This document shows positions 49,956 to 60,653 of a DNA stretch of 64,000 nt, one piece after another. Below the pieces are notes generated by a model. That model did no database searches. It was given only the letters and a program-made list of their open reading frames with translations, and was not told the origin of the DNA. This DNA is from an uncultured cyanobacterium. Lineage in GTDB: Bacteria; Cyanobacteriota; Cyanobacteriia; Cyanobacteriales; CAWUOF01. The first letter of the stretch is position 1; every line of letters begins with the position of its first letter. Location of the stretch: contig CAVUSO010000001.1 of assembly GCA_963744145.1 (NCBI GenBank), positions 3,744,001 to 3,808,000 on the forward strand, read 5' to 3'. The translations under genes were made by a program, and so were the position numbers.

Positions 49956-50783
49956 TTGAATCAGGAACTTAACTCGGACTTAAAGTCGCCCCTGGCGATG
50001 GTAGTTTTTGATATTGATGGAGTATTGCGAGATGTGTGTGGGTCCTATCGTCGTGCGATCGCTGATACCGTAGAGCATTTTACCGAAGGTGCTTATCGTC
50101 CGAGCCTGTTAGATATAGATAAACTCAAGGGAGAAGGGATTTGGAATAATGACTGGGAAGCTTCTCAAGAGTTAATTAATCGTTATTTTGAACAACAGGG
50201 ACAGGGGCGATCGCAACTAAATCTGAATTACGATATCATGGTCAGTTTTTTCCAATCTCGCTACCGGGGTACAGACCCAGATAATTGGAATGGTTACATT
50301 TGCAATGAACCCTTACTGGTCCATCCTACCTATTTAGAACAACTAAATGCAGCAGGAATTTTCTGGGGCTTTTTTAGTGGAGCGACCCGTGGTTCAGCTA
50401 CTTATGTTTTAGAAAAACGTCTGGGTTTAAAATCCCCTGTACTAATCGCAATGGAAGATGCTCCCGGTAAACCTGATCCGACAGGATTGCTAAAAGTAGT
50501 TCATCAATTGGAACAGCAGCATTCTTTCCCACCCTTAGCACCAGTTATTTATGTCGGGGATACGGTTGGTGATATCTATACCTTAGAAAAAGCCAAGCAA
50601 ATTCAGCCAGAAAGAACCTGGATCGCGATCGGGATTCAACCACCCCATGTGCAAGAAACGCTTCCACGTAGTGCGGCTTACACTGCTATGCTCCAGGAAG
50701 CTGGTGCAGTGGTAGTTTTTAGTAATGTTCAACAGTTAACCCCAGCACAGATCAGTAATTTTCTATCAGAGCAGAAGCGATAA
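49956..50783 (+). CDS. HAD-superfamily hydrolase (TIGR01548-like)
   Basis: [29 protein letters not shown]; start uncertain. Confidence 0.85.
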   Translation: MNQELNSDLKSPLAMVVFDIDGVLRDVCGSYRRAIADTVEHFTEGAYRPSLLDIDKLKGEGIWNNDWEASQELINRYFEQQGQGRSQLNLNYDIMVSFFQSRYRGTDPDNWNGYICNEPLLVHPTYLEQLNAAGIFWGFFSGATRGSATYVLEKRLGLKSPVLIAMEDAPGKPDPTGLLKVVHQLEQQHSFPPLAPVIYVGDTVGDIYTLEKAKQIQPERTWIAIGIQPPHVQETLPRSAAYTAMLQEAGAVVVFSNVQQLTPAQISNFLSEQKR

Positions 50784-51866
50784 TTGGTTTGGTGGTGGAT
50801 TATATCCTAGATGTTGCCAAGCCGCAGCAGCTGCAACTCGACCTCTAGGAGTGCGCTGCATAAAGCCAATTTGCATCAAATATGGTTCATAGACTTCTTC
50901 AATAGTTTGGGGATCTTCTCCTGTTGCAGCAGCGATCGTCTCTAGTCCTACTGGTCCACCTTGGAAATTTTCGATCATCACGCTTAATAACCGGCGATCT
51001 GTCCAATCCAAACCACAGGGGTCTACTTGATAAAGTTCTAACGCAGTCACCGCGACTTCCGCAGTAATGGGCCAGGTATGCGCGACTTCAGCATAGTCCC
51101 GGACTCGTTTCAGGAGACGATTGGCAATCCTTGGAGTACCACGGGACCGACGTGCGATTTCTTCAGCACCAGCTTGGTCGATCGCTGTATTGAGAATAGT
51201 AGCACTGCGCTGAATAATTTGGGCCAGTTCGGCGACTTCGTAAAAGCGGAGACGATGAATTAGCCCAAAGCGATCGCGCAGAGGAGAAGTCAGAGCGCCG
51301 ACGCGAGTTGTCGCCCCAATCAAAGTAAAACGGGGTAGGGTGAGACTGCGAGTCCGAGCGCTGTTACCCTTACCGATCGTAATATCCAGCCGAAAATCCT
51401 CCATCGCTGGATAGAGAATTTCCTCGGTCATTTTGGAAAGACGATGGATTTCATCAATAAATAAAATATCTCCTGGTTGCAAATTCACCAGTAACCCGAC
51501 AATATCCCTTGGTCGCTCCAGAGCGGGAGCTGTGGTAATCTTACAGCCCACCTGCATTTCCGTGGCCAAAATTAAGGCCATGGTCGTCTTACCCAATCCT
51601 GGTGGACCATAAAGTAAGAGGTGATCGCAAGTTTCGCCCCGGGATTTGGCCGCTTTCATGGCAATGTCCAATAGATGTTTGAGGTCTTGTTGGCCAATAT
51701 AGTCAGATAAGCGTTGAGGTCTAATGGTTTCTTCTGGAACTAAGATCGTCGATTCTGACTCAAGGGCTTGAGGTGTTAATAAAGATGGAGATTCAGGAGG
51801 TGGAGGAGATTGGGGCGATCGCCCATCAGCTCCTGATAAGTTTTTGTTCGAGGAGATAATGGCCAT
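50766..51866 (-). CDS. ruvB: Holliday junction branch migration helicase RuvB
   Basis: [43 protein letters not shown]. Confidence 0.97.
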   Translation of the reverse strand: MAIISSNKNLSGADGRSPQSPPPPESPSLLTPQALESESTILVPEETIRPQRLSDYIGQQDLKHLLDIAMKAAKSRGETCDHLLLYGPPGLGKTTMALILATEMQVGCKITTAPALERPRDIVGLLVNLQPGDILFIDEIHRLSKMTEEILYPAMEDFRLDITIGKGNSARTRSLTLPRFTLIGATTRVGALTSPLRDRFGLIHRLRFYEVAELAQIIQRSATILNTAIDQAGAEEIARRSRGTPRIANRLLKRVRDYAEVAHTWPITAEVAVTALELYQVDPCGLDWTDRRLLSVMIENFQGGPVGLETIAAATGEDPQTIEEVYEPYLMQIGFMQRTPRGRVAAAAAWQHLGYNPPPNQLSLLL

Positions 51867-52089
51867 AATTTCCGAGCTAAAAACCAGGAAGCTGTTTAAA
51901 TTTAATTGACAATTAGGGATTTTTTATAGAATCTTTATCTTAACAACCCCTAGGGTTGAGGTTCGCGATTAGGTTCTATCTAGTTGAGATCCGTGCAAGT
52001 AGTTCAATCATCAGTTAGCATGACAGATCAGACGGGGTAAATTTTCCCCTTGGTGTGCAGGTTGTGAACGAGGAAGTGAGACCAGGTAA

Positions 52090-52938
52090 ATGAAAGGAGT
52101 GGTAAATAAAGTTGGCCGAGTTACACAAACTTTGCCATTCAATCCCCAACTTTGGGTAAAGTTAAATTTGCTCAAAAGCTTAGTCCAGCGAGATCTAGAA
52201 GCTCGCTACAAAGGTTCAGTTTTAGGTAATTGGTGGCCATTGTTAACCCAATTGTCCCAATTATTGATTTACACCTATGTTTTTTCGATCGTCATGAAGG
52301 TGAAATTAAACTTGCCTGGACTACCAACCAATGATAATATCACCTTTGGCTTGTGGTTATTTGCTGGGTTACTACCATGGACGGCTTTTCTGGGTGGATT
52401 TATCCCAGCTTCATCGGCAGTGTTAGGTCAACCCAATTTAGTCAAAAAGGTAGTTTTTCCCTTAGCATTGTTACCTTTGGTGCCAGTTATTTCGGCGTTT
52501 ATTGAAAGCACATTAGGATTAATTGTGCTGATCGTTTTAATCGGATTTTCTGCCCATACGATTCATACCACCTTGTGGTTGTTACCTTTAGTGTGGATTC
52601 CCCAGTTTTTATTAACTGCTGGATTAGGTTACTTAAGTGCTGGTTTGACGGTATTTTTGCGAGATATTCCCCAAAGTTTGGGAGTGCTGACGAGTTTCTG
52701 GTTTTATTTGACACCAATAGTTTATCCAGCAAATATTATTCCTGAAGAATGGCGTGATTGGATCTTTTGGTTAAATCCACTAGCTCCGATCGTTGAAGCT
52801 TATCGGGATTTAATTTTAAAAGGACATATGGAACACTGGGCAGAACTGGGAACTGCTACTTTAATCTCTATTTCCATCTTTAGTTTCGGCTTCTGGGCTT
52901 ATAAGCGGTTACGTCCAGCATTTGCTGATGTTCTTTAG
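52090..52938 (+). CDS. wzm: Polysaccharide ABC exporter permease
   Basis: RDLEARYKGSVLG, NLVKKVVFP, FYLTPIVYP, LNPL, FADVL. Confidence 0.9.
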   Translation: MKGVVNKVGRVTQTLPFNPQLWVKLNLLKSLVQRDLEARYKGSVLGNWWPLLTQLSQLLIYTYVFSIVMKVKLNLPGLPTNDNITFGLWLFAGLLPWTAFLGGFIPASSAVLGQPNLVKKVVFPLALLPLVPVISAFIESTLGLIVLIVLIGFSAHTIHTTLWLLPLVWIPQFLLTAGLGYLSAGLTVFLRDIPQSLGVLTSFWFYLTPIVYPANIIPEEWRDWIFWLNPLAPIVEAYRDLILKGHMEHWAELGTATLISISIFSFGFWAYKRLRPAFADVL

Positions 52939-52993
52939 TAACTGGTTAAAAGCTCCAATCGCGGTAGGTTAATTTTTTCATAGTAGCAGATCG

Positions 52994-54394
52994 ATGATAG
53001 AAATAGCAATTTCCCTGAACAATGTCTCTAAGTGTTTTAAGCGTTATTTACATCCAGTAGAACGGTTAAAAGAACTTTTACTACCAGGTCGAGCGAAAGT
53101 AGAAGAATTTTGGTCTCTTCGTGATATTAGTTTAGAAGTTCCTCGCGGTCATAGTCTGGGAATTGTAGGACGTAATGGCTCTGGGAAAAGCACTCTTTTG
53201 CAAATTATTGTTGGCACCCTGACACCGACTACGGGTACAGTAACGGTCAAGGGTAGAATTTCGGCTTTACTAGAACTTGGTTGTGGTTTTAATCCGGAAT
53301 TTACTGGTCGTCAAAATGTGTTTTTAAATGGTCAATTAATTGGATTAACTCAACGTGATATAGAAGATAGATTTGATGACATTGCAGCTTTTGCTGATAT
53401 TGGTGATTTTCTTGATCAACCAGTAAAAACCTATTCGAGTGGGATGTTTGTTCGGTTAGCTTTTGCTGTTGCTGTGAGTGTTGATCCGGATATTTTGGTA
53501 GTAGATGAAGCTTTAGCTGTTGGTGATGCTGCTTTTCAAAGGAAATGTTTTGCGCGGATTCAACAAATTCAAGAAAATGGAGGAACAATTTTGTTTGTTT
53601 CCCATGCAGCATCGACGATAGTAGAACTTTGTAATGCAGCAGTTTTATTGGATAAGGGAGAATTGTTACTTTCCCATAATCCTAAGTTTGTGGTTGATAA
53701 ATATCACAAATTACTTTATTCTCCTGCGGATCAAACTCAGTCCGTCAGGGAAACAATTCGCAGTTTAAATAATGCGGTAGTTCATGATGTTAGTCATCAT
53801 CAAAGTCTGAGTTGGTTAGAAAGTTACTCTAATGGTTCATCGAATGGGGATACTTTAACTTTGGAGGAGTTTTATGACCCTAATTTTTTACCAGTACATA
53901 CAACTACTTATGTATCGCGAGGAGCGAAAATTAACAATCCCTACATTACTACAGTAAGTGGGAAAAAAGTTAATCATCTGATTGGACGCAGACATTATAT
54001 TTATACTTACTCAGTGACTTTTTCTAAGACTGCTTATCAAATTCGCTTTGGGATGTTGATTAAAACGATTAGTGGTTTAGAATTGGGAGGTGCTTCTTAT
54101 TCTTTTCCCGATCATACCCTTAAATATGCAGAACCTGGTACAACTGTAATTATCAAATTTCAGTTTAAGTGTATTCTCCATCCAGGAGTATACTTTTTGA
54201 ATGCGGGAGTGTCAGGGATTGTTGATGATCACTTTACCTATCTCGATCGCTGTATTGATGTAGCAATGTTTAGAGTCCAACCGGATAGTAGTTCTTTGAA
54301 GAGTGGAACGGTGGATTTATTGATTGAACCGAGTATGATTGTGAAAGAGGATTACTTCTCTGTTGAACAAAAACAAGAAATTGAATTAATTTGA
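52994..54394 (+). CDS. wzt: Polysaccharide ABC exporter ATPase with Wzt_C domain
   Basis: GRNGSGKST, YSSGMFVRLAF, VDEALAVGD, C-terminal LHPGVYFLNAG. Confidence 0.92.
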   Translation: MIEIAISLNNVSKCFKRYLHPVERLKELLLPGRAKVEEFWSLRDISLEVPRGHSLGIVGRNGSGKSTLLQIIVGTLTPTTGTVTVKGRISALLELGCGFNPEFTGRQNVFLNGQLIGLTQRDIEDRFDDIAAFADIGDFLDQPVKTYSSGMFVRLAFAVAVSVDPDILVVDEALAVGDAAFQRKCFARIQQIQENGGTILFVSHAASTIVELCNAAVLLDKGELLLSHNPKFVVDKYHKLLYSPADQTQSVRETIRSLNNAVVHDVSHHQSLSWLESYSNGSSNGDTLTLEEFYDPNFLPVHTTTYVSRGAKINNPYITTVSGKKVNHLIGRRHYIYTYSVTFSKTAYQIRFGMLIKTISGLELGGASYSFPDHTLKYAEPGTTVIIKFQFKCILHPGVYFLNAGVSGIVDDHFTYLDRCIDVAMFRVQPDSSSLKSGTVDLLIEPSMIVKEDYFSVEQKQEIELI

Positions 54395-54414
54395 ATTGTG
54401 GTCGAGCTGGAAAC

Positions 54415-55263
54415 ATGGATATTGAACAACAACGTCGTGAGATTATTGAAAAATTTGGTGAATGGACTAACCATAATATTCGTCTTCCTGGAGATGTTTA
54501 TACGATCGATCCAGCAAAAATGACGGGAGCTGAAGTTAAGGTAAAGCGATATTTGCAAATTATTGCTGATATTACGAGTAAACCTTTTTCGAGTTTACGG
54601 GTGTTAGATTTAGCTTGTTTAGAGGGATTGTATGGAATTGAGTTAGCACTCCAAGGTGCTAGGGTGGTAGGAATTGAAGGAAGAGAAGCTAATTTGGAAA
54701 AAGCTCGCTTTGCAAAAAAAGTTATGGGTTTAAACAGGTTGGAGCTGTGTCAGGATGATGTCCGAAATTTGAGTGTTCAGAAATATGGTAAATTTGATGT
54801 GGTGTTATGTTTGGGAATATTTTATCATTTAGATGTGCCAGATGTGTTACAGTTTATGGAGAATATTGCTGATGTTTGTGAATATTTGGCGATCGTTGAT
54901 ACTCACGTTAGTCGATCAGCGGAAGTTTCTTATGTTTATCAAGGTAAAAAATATACGGGTCGATCGCATCGAGAACATAGTGATTCCGCTACCCCACAGG
55001 AAAAAATTGATTCTTTATGGTCTTCTTTGGATAATCCCCAGAGTTTTTGGTTAACTCGTGCTTCTTTATATAATTTAATGTCAAATGTTGGGTTTACTTC
55101 AGTTTATGAATGTTATAATCCCCCAGTGATGAAATATGAAATGATGCGATCGCGAAAGGAAGCAGATCGGGCAACTTTTGTGGGAATCAAAGGACAAAAA
55201 ACCACCATCCTGTCATCTGCTGCAATTAATCAAATTCCGACCGATGAATGGACGGAGTTATAA
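54415..55263 (+). CDS. Class I SAM methyltransferase
   Basis: VLDLACLEG, FDVVLCLGIFYHL. Confidence 0.85.
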   Translation: MDIEQQRREIIEKFGEWTNHNIRLPGDVYTIDPAKMTGAEVKVKRYLQIIADITSKPFSSLRVLDLACLEGLYGIELALQGARVVGIEGREANLEKARFAKKVMGLNRLELCQDDVRNLSVQKYGKFDVVLCLGIFYHLDVPDVLQFMENIADVCEYLAIVDTHVSRSAEVSYVYQGKKYTGRSHREHSDSATPQEKIDSLWSSLDNPQSFWLTRASLYNLMSNVGFTSVYECYNPPVMKYEMMRSRKEADRATFVGIKGQKTTILSSAAINQIPTDEWTEL

Positions 55264-55290
55264 TCTTGTTCGATCTATATAGTTAAACCC

Positions 55291-56310
55291 ATGTCATTGA
55301 CTCTCATTATCACCGGAATGCACCGTTCAGGGACTTCTTTGTTAGCTTCATTTTTACAAAATGCAGGGATAAATTTAGGTCAGAATTTATTAGCTGGAGG
55401 TATTTTTAATCGGAGGGGGTACTTTGAAGATGTAGATTTTCTTGAGTTTCAACGTAGAGCTTTGCAAAATTGCTGTCATCCTGACGAACCCGGATGGAGT
55501 GATTGGGGATGGACAGAAAGTGAATTTTTAGATCGGAGTAAATTATTAACACTACAGTCAGATGCACAAAATTTAATCACTAACCGCGATCGCAATGCTC
55601 CGGTTTGGGGATGGAAAGATCCAAGAACTTCCCTCCTGCTTGATTTTTGGCACAATTTACTTCCTACAGCACAATATTTATTGGTCTACCGTTTTCCCTG
55701 GGACGTATTAGACTCAGTTTTACGAACTAATGATCCAATTTTTGTCACCCATCCTGATTATCCTCTGAAAATCTGGGCTTTTTATAATCGGCACTTATTA
55801 AAATTTTATCACAAACATCCACAGCAATGTATTCTGTTTAACATTAATAGTTTTATTGCCAATCCCCTGACCTTGGTTGAACTGTTAAAAAATAAATTGG
55901 GTCTTCAGGTTAACCCTAATCTGGAACAAAATAATTGGGAGAAAATTTATGATCAGGGGCTGTTTAATCAGTTAGAATGGAATCATCCCCTGATTTTACT
56001 CTTACAACGTCTGGCTCCCCAATATCTCTCCCTATTGACAGAGTTAGATCAAGCTGCGGATTTACCAAGTAAATTCTTATGTCCTGCTGGGACTGGAGAA
56101 GAGCTGGGAGAAAATTTACTATTGACGCTTTATCGTGAAAGTTGCATCTCGAAACTACGCAGTCATCATCTTGAGGAGGAAAAGGAAAAAATTCAGACTG
56201 AACAAAATTTAAAAATTGCCGAATTGCAAACCAAGATTGAAACCATGCAAAAGTCTAAATTTTGGCAACTTCAAGCAAATATATCTAAGTTGTTAGGTGT
56301 GAGAAATTAA
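55291..56310 (+). CDS. Sulfotransferase-family protein with coiled tail
   Basis: ITGMHRSGTS, GYFED, WGWKDPRT. Confidence 0.85.
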   Translation: MSLTLIITGMHRSGTSLLASFLQNAGINLGQNLLAGGIFNRRGYFEDVDFLEFQRRALQNCCHPDEPGWSDWGWTESEFLDRSKLLTLQSDAQNLITNRDRNAPVWGWKDPRTSLLLDFWHNLLPTAQYLLVYRFPWDVLDSVLRTNDPIFVTHPDYPLKIWAFYNRHLLKFYHKHPQQCILFNINSFIANPLTLVELLKNKLGLQVNPNLEQNNWEKIYDQGLFNQLEWNHPLILLLQRLAPQYLSLLTELDQAADLPSKFLCPAGTGEELGENLLLTLYRESCISKLRSHHLEEEKEKIQTEQNLKIAELQTKIETMQKSKFWQLQANISKLLGVRN

Positions 56311-56366
56311 GCTGTTGACACCTAACACCAATACCCAATCAATAGGAACAGTAAAACCATCAGAAA

Positions 56367-57890
56367 ATGTCTAGGATCATTGAAACCAAAAAATCAGATA
56401 TAGTTTTATCGGTCGTAATTCCTTGTTTTAATCATGGAGAATTTATTTTAGAAGCGATCGCAAGTGTCGAAAACTGTCTCGATCCAGTTTATGAAATCAT
56501 TATCATTAATGATGGCTCAACCGAACCATTAACTGAGAAAGTTTTGGATTATTTGAAAGCCAAAAATTATGGCATTTTAGACCAAAAAAACCAAGGGTTA
56601 GCACAAGCGAGAAACGCAGGAATTGAAATTGCTAAAGGGAGATATATATTAACCCTAGATTCTGACAATAAAATTCGAGCTGACTATATTACTAAAAGCA
56701 TCGCAATTCTGGATGAAAATCCAGCTATAGGTGTAGTTTATGGGAATGCTGAATTTTTTGGTGATAAAACCGGTATTTCCCAAGTTCCCGATTTTGATCT
56801 CAATCGCATCGCGATCGGTAACTATATTGATGCTTGTGCAGTTTTTCGGAAAGTAGTCTGGAAAGATTGTGGTGGGTACGATTCCAAGATTCCGGAAAAA
56901 TTTGGCTATGAAGATTGGGACTTTTGGCTCTCTACGGTTGAACAAGGGTGGCAATTTTATCATATCGATGAAGTTTTATTTGACTATCGAGTCCGGGCTC
57001 ATTCCATGGTGAGTCGTTGTAATATTCCGGAAAATCGTCGTCGATTAATGCAATATATATGTACCAAACATTTGGGGATATATCATACCAATTTTGCCAA
57101 TGTGATTGCTGAAAAAGATGCCAAGTTTTTAGAAGAAGAACAAAAAGTTCAAGATTTGCAAAACGAATTGGATCAATTACAAGAGCAAGTACAAGAACAT
57201 CCAAAAATCCTAGATAAAGCTCACAATTTATTGCAAGAAAAACAAGAACAATTAGAACAATATCAAGCCCATGCTCGAAATTTGGAAGCACTACTCCATC
57301 CGACCAAGGTGCAGTTAGAAAATACTCAGGCTGAATTAACTAATTGCCATACCCAATTAGCTCATACCCAGCATGAATTAACTCATACCCAAACTCAATT
57401 AACTCATACTCAGAATGAATTAACTAATACTCAGAATGAATTAACTCATACCCAAACTCAATTAACTCATACCCAGCATGAATTAAATCATACCCGGACT
57501 CAATTAACTAATACTCAGAATGAATTAACTTATACCCAGACTCAATTAACTAATACTCAGAATGAATTAACTAATTACCAAACTCATGCTCACAATTTAG
57601 AAATAGCAAGACAGGTACTGCAAACTCAGTTAGAAGAAATCCAAGGTAATTTAGGGCAATGTGAAGATTATAATCAACATCTCCAAACAGAATTAAACTC
57701 TAGTCAACAGCAAAAACAGGAGACAGAAATCCATTTAAAAAACTGCCAACTTCAGGTAGAAATGTACCACAATCAATTAGAGAGCATAGCAGCGACCTTA
57801 AGCGCAATTGAAAGTAGTAAATTTTCTAAATTACGTCGGGGTTGGTTCAAAATAAAAAAGTGTTTAGGTTTAATTAGGAAAGACACGTAG
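56367..57890 (+). CDS. GT2 glycosyltransferase with long coiled coil
   Basis: SVVIPCFN, NDGST, LDSDN, GYEDWDFW; heptad repeats. Confidence 0.9.
   Translation: MSRIIETKKSDIVLSVVIPCFNHGEFILEAIASVENCLDPVYEIIIINDGSTEPLTEKVLDYLKAKNYGILDQKNQGLAQARNAGIEIAKGRYILTLDSDNKIRADYITKSIAILDENPAIGVVYGNAEFFGDKTGISQVPDFDLNRIAIGNYIDACAVFRKVVWKDCGGYDSKIPEKFGYEDWDFWLSTVEQGWQFYHIDEVLFDYRVRAHSMVSRCNIPENRRRLMQYICTKHLGIYHTNFANVIAEKDAKFLEEEQKVQDLQNELDQLQEQVQEHPKILDKAHNLLQEKQEQLEQYQAHARNLEALLHPTKVQLENTQAELTNCHTQLAHTQHELTHTQTQLTHTQNELTNTQNELTHTQTQLTHTQHELNHTRTQLTNTQNELTYTQTQLTNTQNELTNYQTHAHNLEIARQVLQTQLEEIQGNLGQCEDYNQHLQTELNSSQQQKQETEIHLKNCQLQVEMYHNQLESIAATLSAIESSKFSKLRRGWFKIKKCLGLIRKDT
57315..57587 (+). repeat. 13 x 21-bp intragenic tandem repeat (heptads LTHTQTQ / LTNTQNE)
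   Basis: ttaactcatacccaaactcaa / ttaactaatactcagaatgaa units. Confidence 0.9.
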
Positions 57891-57930
57891 TTATTGTATA
57901 ATAGAGCAAATTTATGAAGGTAGAAATCTC

Positions 57931-59805
57931 ATGCTAAGATATTTTCGGGCAAGTTACCTATTAACCCGGGCCCAGCAAGTCTATGCTGCTTTCAAAGCAA
58001 GGGGACTTCGCTATGTATTAGCTAAAATTTTTAAAAAGATTTATCTCAAATTAGAAGTTGAACCCGTACCCTTCGTACCCTTAGTAGAAACAACAGCAAT
58101 CACAGCTCATTATTCTATTGATGAAGCTTATCAGATCTGGTTACATCATAATTCTCCGCGATCGGCTGAATTTCGCCAAATGTCAAAAACACTAGCTGTT
58201 TTTACTTATCAGCCATTAATTAGTATAATTATGCCCGTTTATAATCCACCAGAACGTTTTTTACGAGAAGCGATTACATCGGTGCGTAATCAAGTCTATC
58301 CTCACTGGGAACTCTGTATAGCAGATGATTGTTCTACCTTACCTCATGTAGAAACCGTCTTAAAGGAATTTGCCGAACTTGATCCCCGAATTAAGCTAAT
58401 TTTTAGAACTGAAAATGGGCACATTTCTCAAGCATCAAATTCAGCATTAGCGATCGCAACAGGTGAATTTATTGCTTTATTAGACCATGATGATTTATTA
58501 ACTTTAGATGCTTTATATGAAATCGTGCTATTGCTAAATCAACACCGTGAAGCGGATTTTATTTATTCAGACGAAGATAAGATTAATGAGGAAAATACCC
58601 TCAGCTCTCCCTTTTTTAAGCCCGATTGGTGTCCCGATTCTTTTCTGTCGCGGATGTATACTTGTCATTTGGGAGTTTATCGTCGATCGCTAGTGGATGA
58701 AATTGGTGGTTTCCGGGTTGGTTGGGAAGGGAGTCAAGATTATGATTTAGTTTTAAGATTAACAGAAAAGACTGACAAAATTTTCCATATTCCCAAAATA
58801 TTATACCATTGGCGCATACATCCCCAGTCAACTTCAGAAAATTTAGGTAATAAAAATTATACTACTAATGCTGCGGTAAGAGCTCTACAAGAAGCACTGA
58901 TTAGAAGAGGTGAACCGGGAAAAATTGAGATGGTTGATTGTGGATATACAGTCATTCGCTACGAACTGAAAGAATTTAGTCTGGTCACAATTATCATTCC
59001 TACTAGAAACTTAGGTAAAATATTAAATGGTTGTTTAACCTCAATTTTTGAAAAAACTACCTATCCCAATTATGAAATTCTCTTAATTGATAATGGTAGC
59101 GATGAACCAGAAACTTTAGAAATAATTAATAAATGGAGTATTAAAGAACCTGACCGATTTCGATGTGAAAAATTAGATATTCCTTTTAATTTTTCCATCA
59201 TTAATAATTATGCAGTTAGCCAAGCAAAAGGTAAATATGTACTCTTATTAAATAATGACACAGAAGTAATTACACCAGACTGGATGACTGCGATGGTTGA
59301 ACAAGCACAACGACCATCGATTGGTGCTGTAGGTGCTTTGCTTTTATATCCAGATAATACGATTCAACACGCTGGTGTCATCGTCGGATTGGGAGGAGTT
59401 GCAGGACATAGTCACAAATATTTTCCCGCTGAATCCCTTGGTTATTATAATCAACTCCAAACCATCAATAATTATTCAGCAGTGACCGCAGCTTGTTTAA
59501 TGTGTAGAACGGAGGTATTTAGGGAAGTAGGTGGATTTGAAGAAGAATTGCAGGTAGCATTTAATGATGTGGATTTTTGTTTAAAGCTGACTCAAAAAGG
59601 ATATCGAAATGTTTGTCTTCCCCATGTGAAATTATATCATTTTGAATCAAAGAGTCGCGGTTATGAAGACACTCCAGAAAAAGTAGCTCGCTTTGCTAAA
59701 GAAATTGAATATATGAAAGATAAATGGAATACGGTATTCTTTAATGATCCTTGTTATAGTATTAACCTAACTCAAGACTATGAAGATTATCGGATTAAGA
59801 TTTAA
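57931..59805 (+). CDS. Double-domain GT2 glycosyltransferase
   Basis: SIIMPVYN, LDHDD, YSDEDK, GSQDYD, LLNNDTE, AFNDVDFCL, HFESKSRG. Confidence 0.93.
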   Translation: MLRYFRASYLLTRAQQVYAAFKARGLRYVLAKIFKKIYLKLEVEPVPFVPLVETTAITAHYSIDEAYQIWLHHNSPRSAEFRQMSKTLAVFTYQPLISIIMPVYNPPERFLREAITSVRNQVYPHWELCIADDCSTLPHVETVLKEFAELDPRIKLIFRTENGHISQASNSALAIATGEFIALLDHDDLLTLDALYEIVLLLNQHREADFIYSDEDKINEENTLSSPFFKPDWCPDSFLSRMYTCHLGVYRRSLVDEIGGFRVGWEGSQDYDLVLRLTEKTDKIFHIPKILYHWRIHPQSTSENLGNKNYTTNAAVRALQEALIRRGEPGKIEMVDCGYTVIRYELKEFSLVTIIIPTRNLGKILNGCLTSIFEKTTYPNYEILLIDNGSDEPETLEIINKWSIKEPDRFRCEKLDIPFNFSIINNYAVSQAKGKYVLLLNNDTEVITPDWMTAMVEQAQRPSIGAVGALLLYPDNTIQHAGVIVGLGGVAGHSHKYFPAESLGYYNQLQTINNYSAVTAACLMCRTEVFREVGGFEEELQVAFNDVDFCLKLTQKGYRNVCLPHVKLYHFESKSRGYEDTPEKVARFAKEIEYMKDKWNTVFFNDPCYSINLTQDYEDYRIKI

Positions 59806-59847
59806 TCCAGTTAAAGTTAGTTGATCGCAGGGAACATAAGTCAAAAA

Positions 59848-60594
59848 ATGAAATTAGATTTTTTAATCATTGGTGTACAAAAGGGAGGAACTACTTCTCT
59901 TTATCACTACCTCAGTCAACATCCCCAAATTATCCCAGCAAGTCAAAAAGAAGTTCATTTTTTTGACTTAAATTTTAGTAAAGGACTAGAATGGTATCAG
60001 AGTCAATTAAATCAAACCGGAGAGCAGTCAAATTTTCTCTTTGGAGAAGCAAGTCCTTACTATATCTTTCACCCCCTTGTTCCTCAACGAGTATATCAGT
60101 TGTTTCCCCAGGTGAAATTAATTTTGCTATTGCGAAATCCAGTCGCAAGAACCTTGTCTCATTACTATCATGAAGTTAGACTAGGATGGGAAAAATTATC
60201 CCTGACCGACGCGATCGCGCAAGAACCAGAAAGATTAGCTCAAGAAAGAGAGAAAATTCTGACTAATCCAGATTATTATAGTTTTAACCATCAACATTAT
60301 AGCTACTTATCTCGGAGCCGGTACATAGAACAAATTCAACATTGGCGATCGGATTTTCCCCCAGAACAATTTTTGCTGATCAAAAGTGAAGAATTAGATC
60401 AGCAACGGGACTCAATTCTCAGTCAAGTTTGGCAATTTTTAGAAATACCGGAACTAAAAATCACCCAGAGCGATCGCTATAACGTGGGAGAGTACCCACT
60501 CATTCCAGCATCAATCAAACAACAGTTAACAGAATATTTTCAGCCTTATAACCGTCAACTTGCGGAATATTTAGAGCGAGATTTTGGATGGTAA
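59848..60594 (+). CDS. Sulfotransferase
   Basis: IIGVQKGGTTSL, GEASPYY, LLRNPVARTLSHY. Confidence 0.9.
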   Translation: MKLDFLIIGVQKGGTTSLYHYLSQHPQIIPASQKEVHFFDLNFSKGLEWYQSQLNQTGEQSNFLFGEASPYYIFHPLVPQRVYQLFPQVKLILLLRNPVARTLSHYYHEVRLGWEKLSLTDAIAQEPERLAQEREKILTNPDYYSFNHQHYSYLSRSRYIEQIQHWRSDFPPEQFLLIKSEELDQQRDSILSQVWQFLEIPELKITQSDRYNVGEYPLIPASIKQQLTEYFQPYNRQLAEYLERDFGW

Positions 60595-60653
60595 TTTTTA
60601 CCATCCAGTTATATACTGCAAACAACAGTTTGAATTTTTCCCATACCCATTCC

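Noticed and set aside
51870..52089. JUMPstart/ops element or riboswitch upstream of wzm
   Set aside because: No GGCGGTAG ops motif and no recognisable riboswitch consensus in this interval
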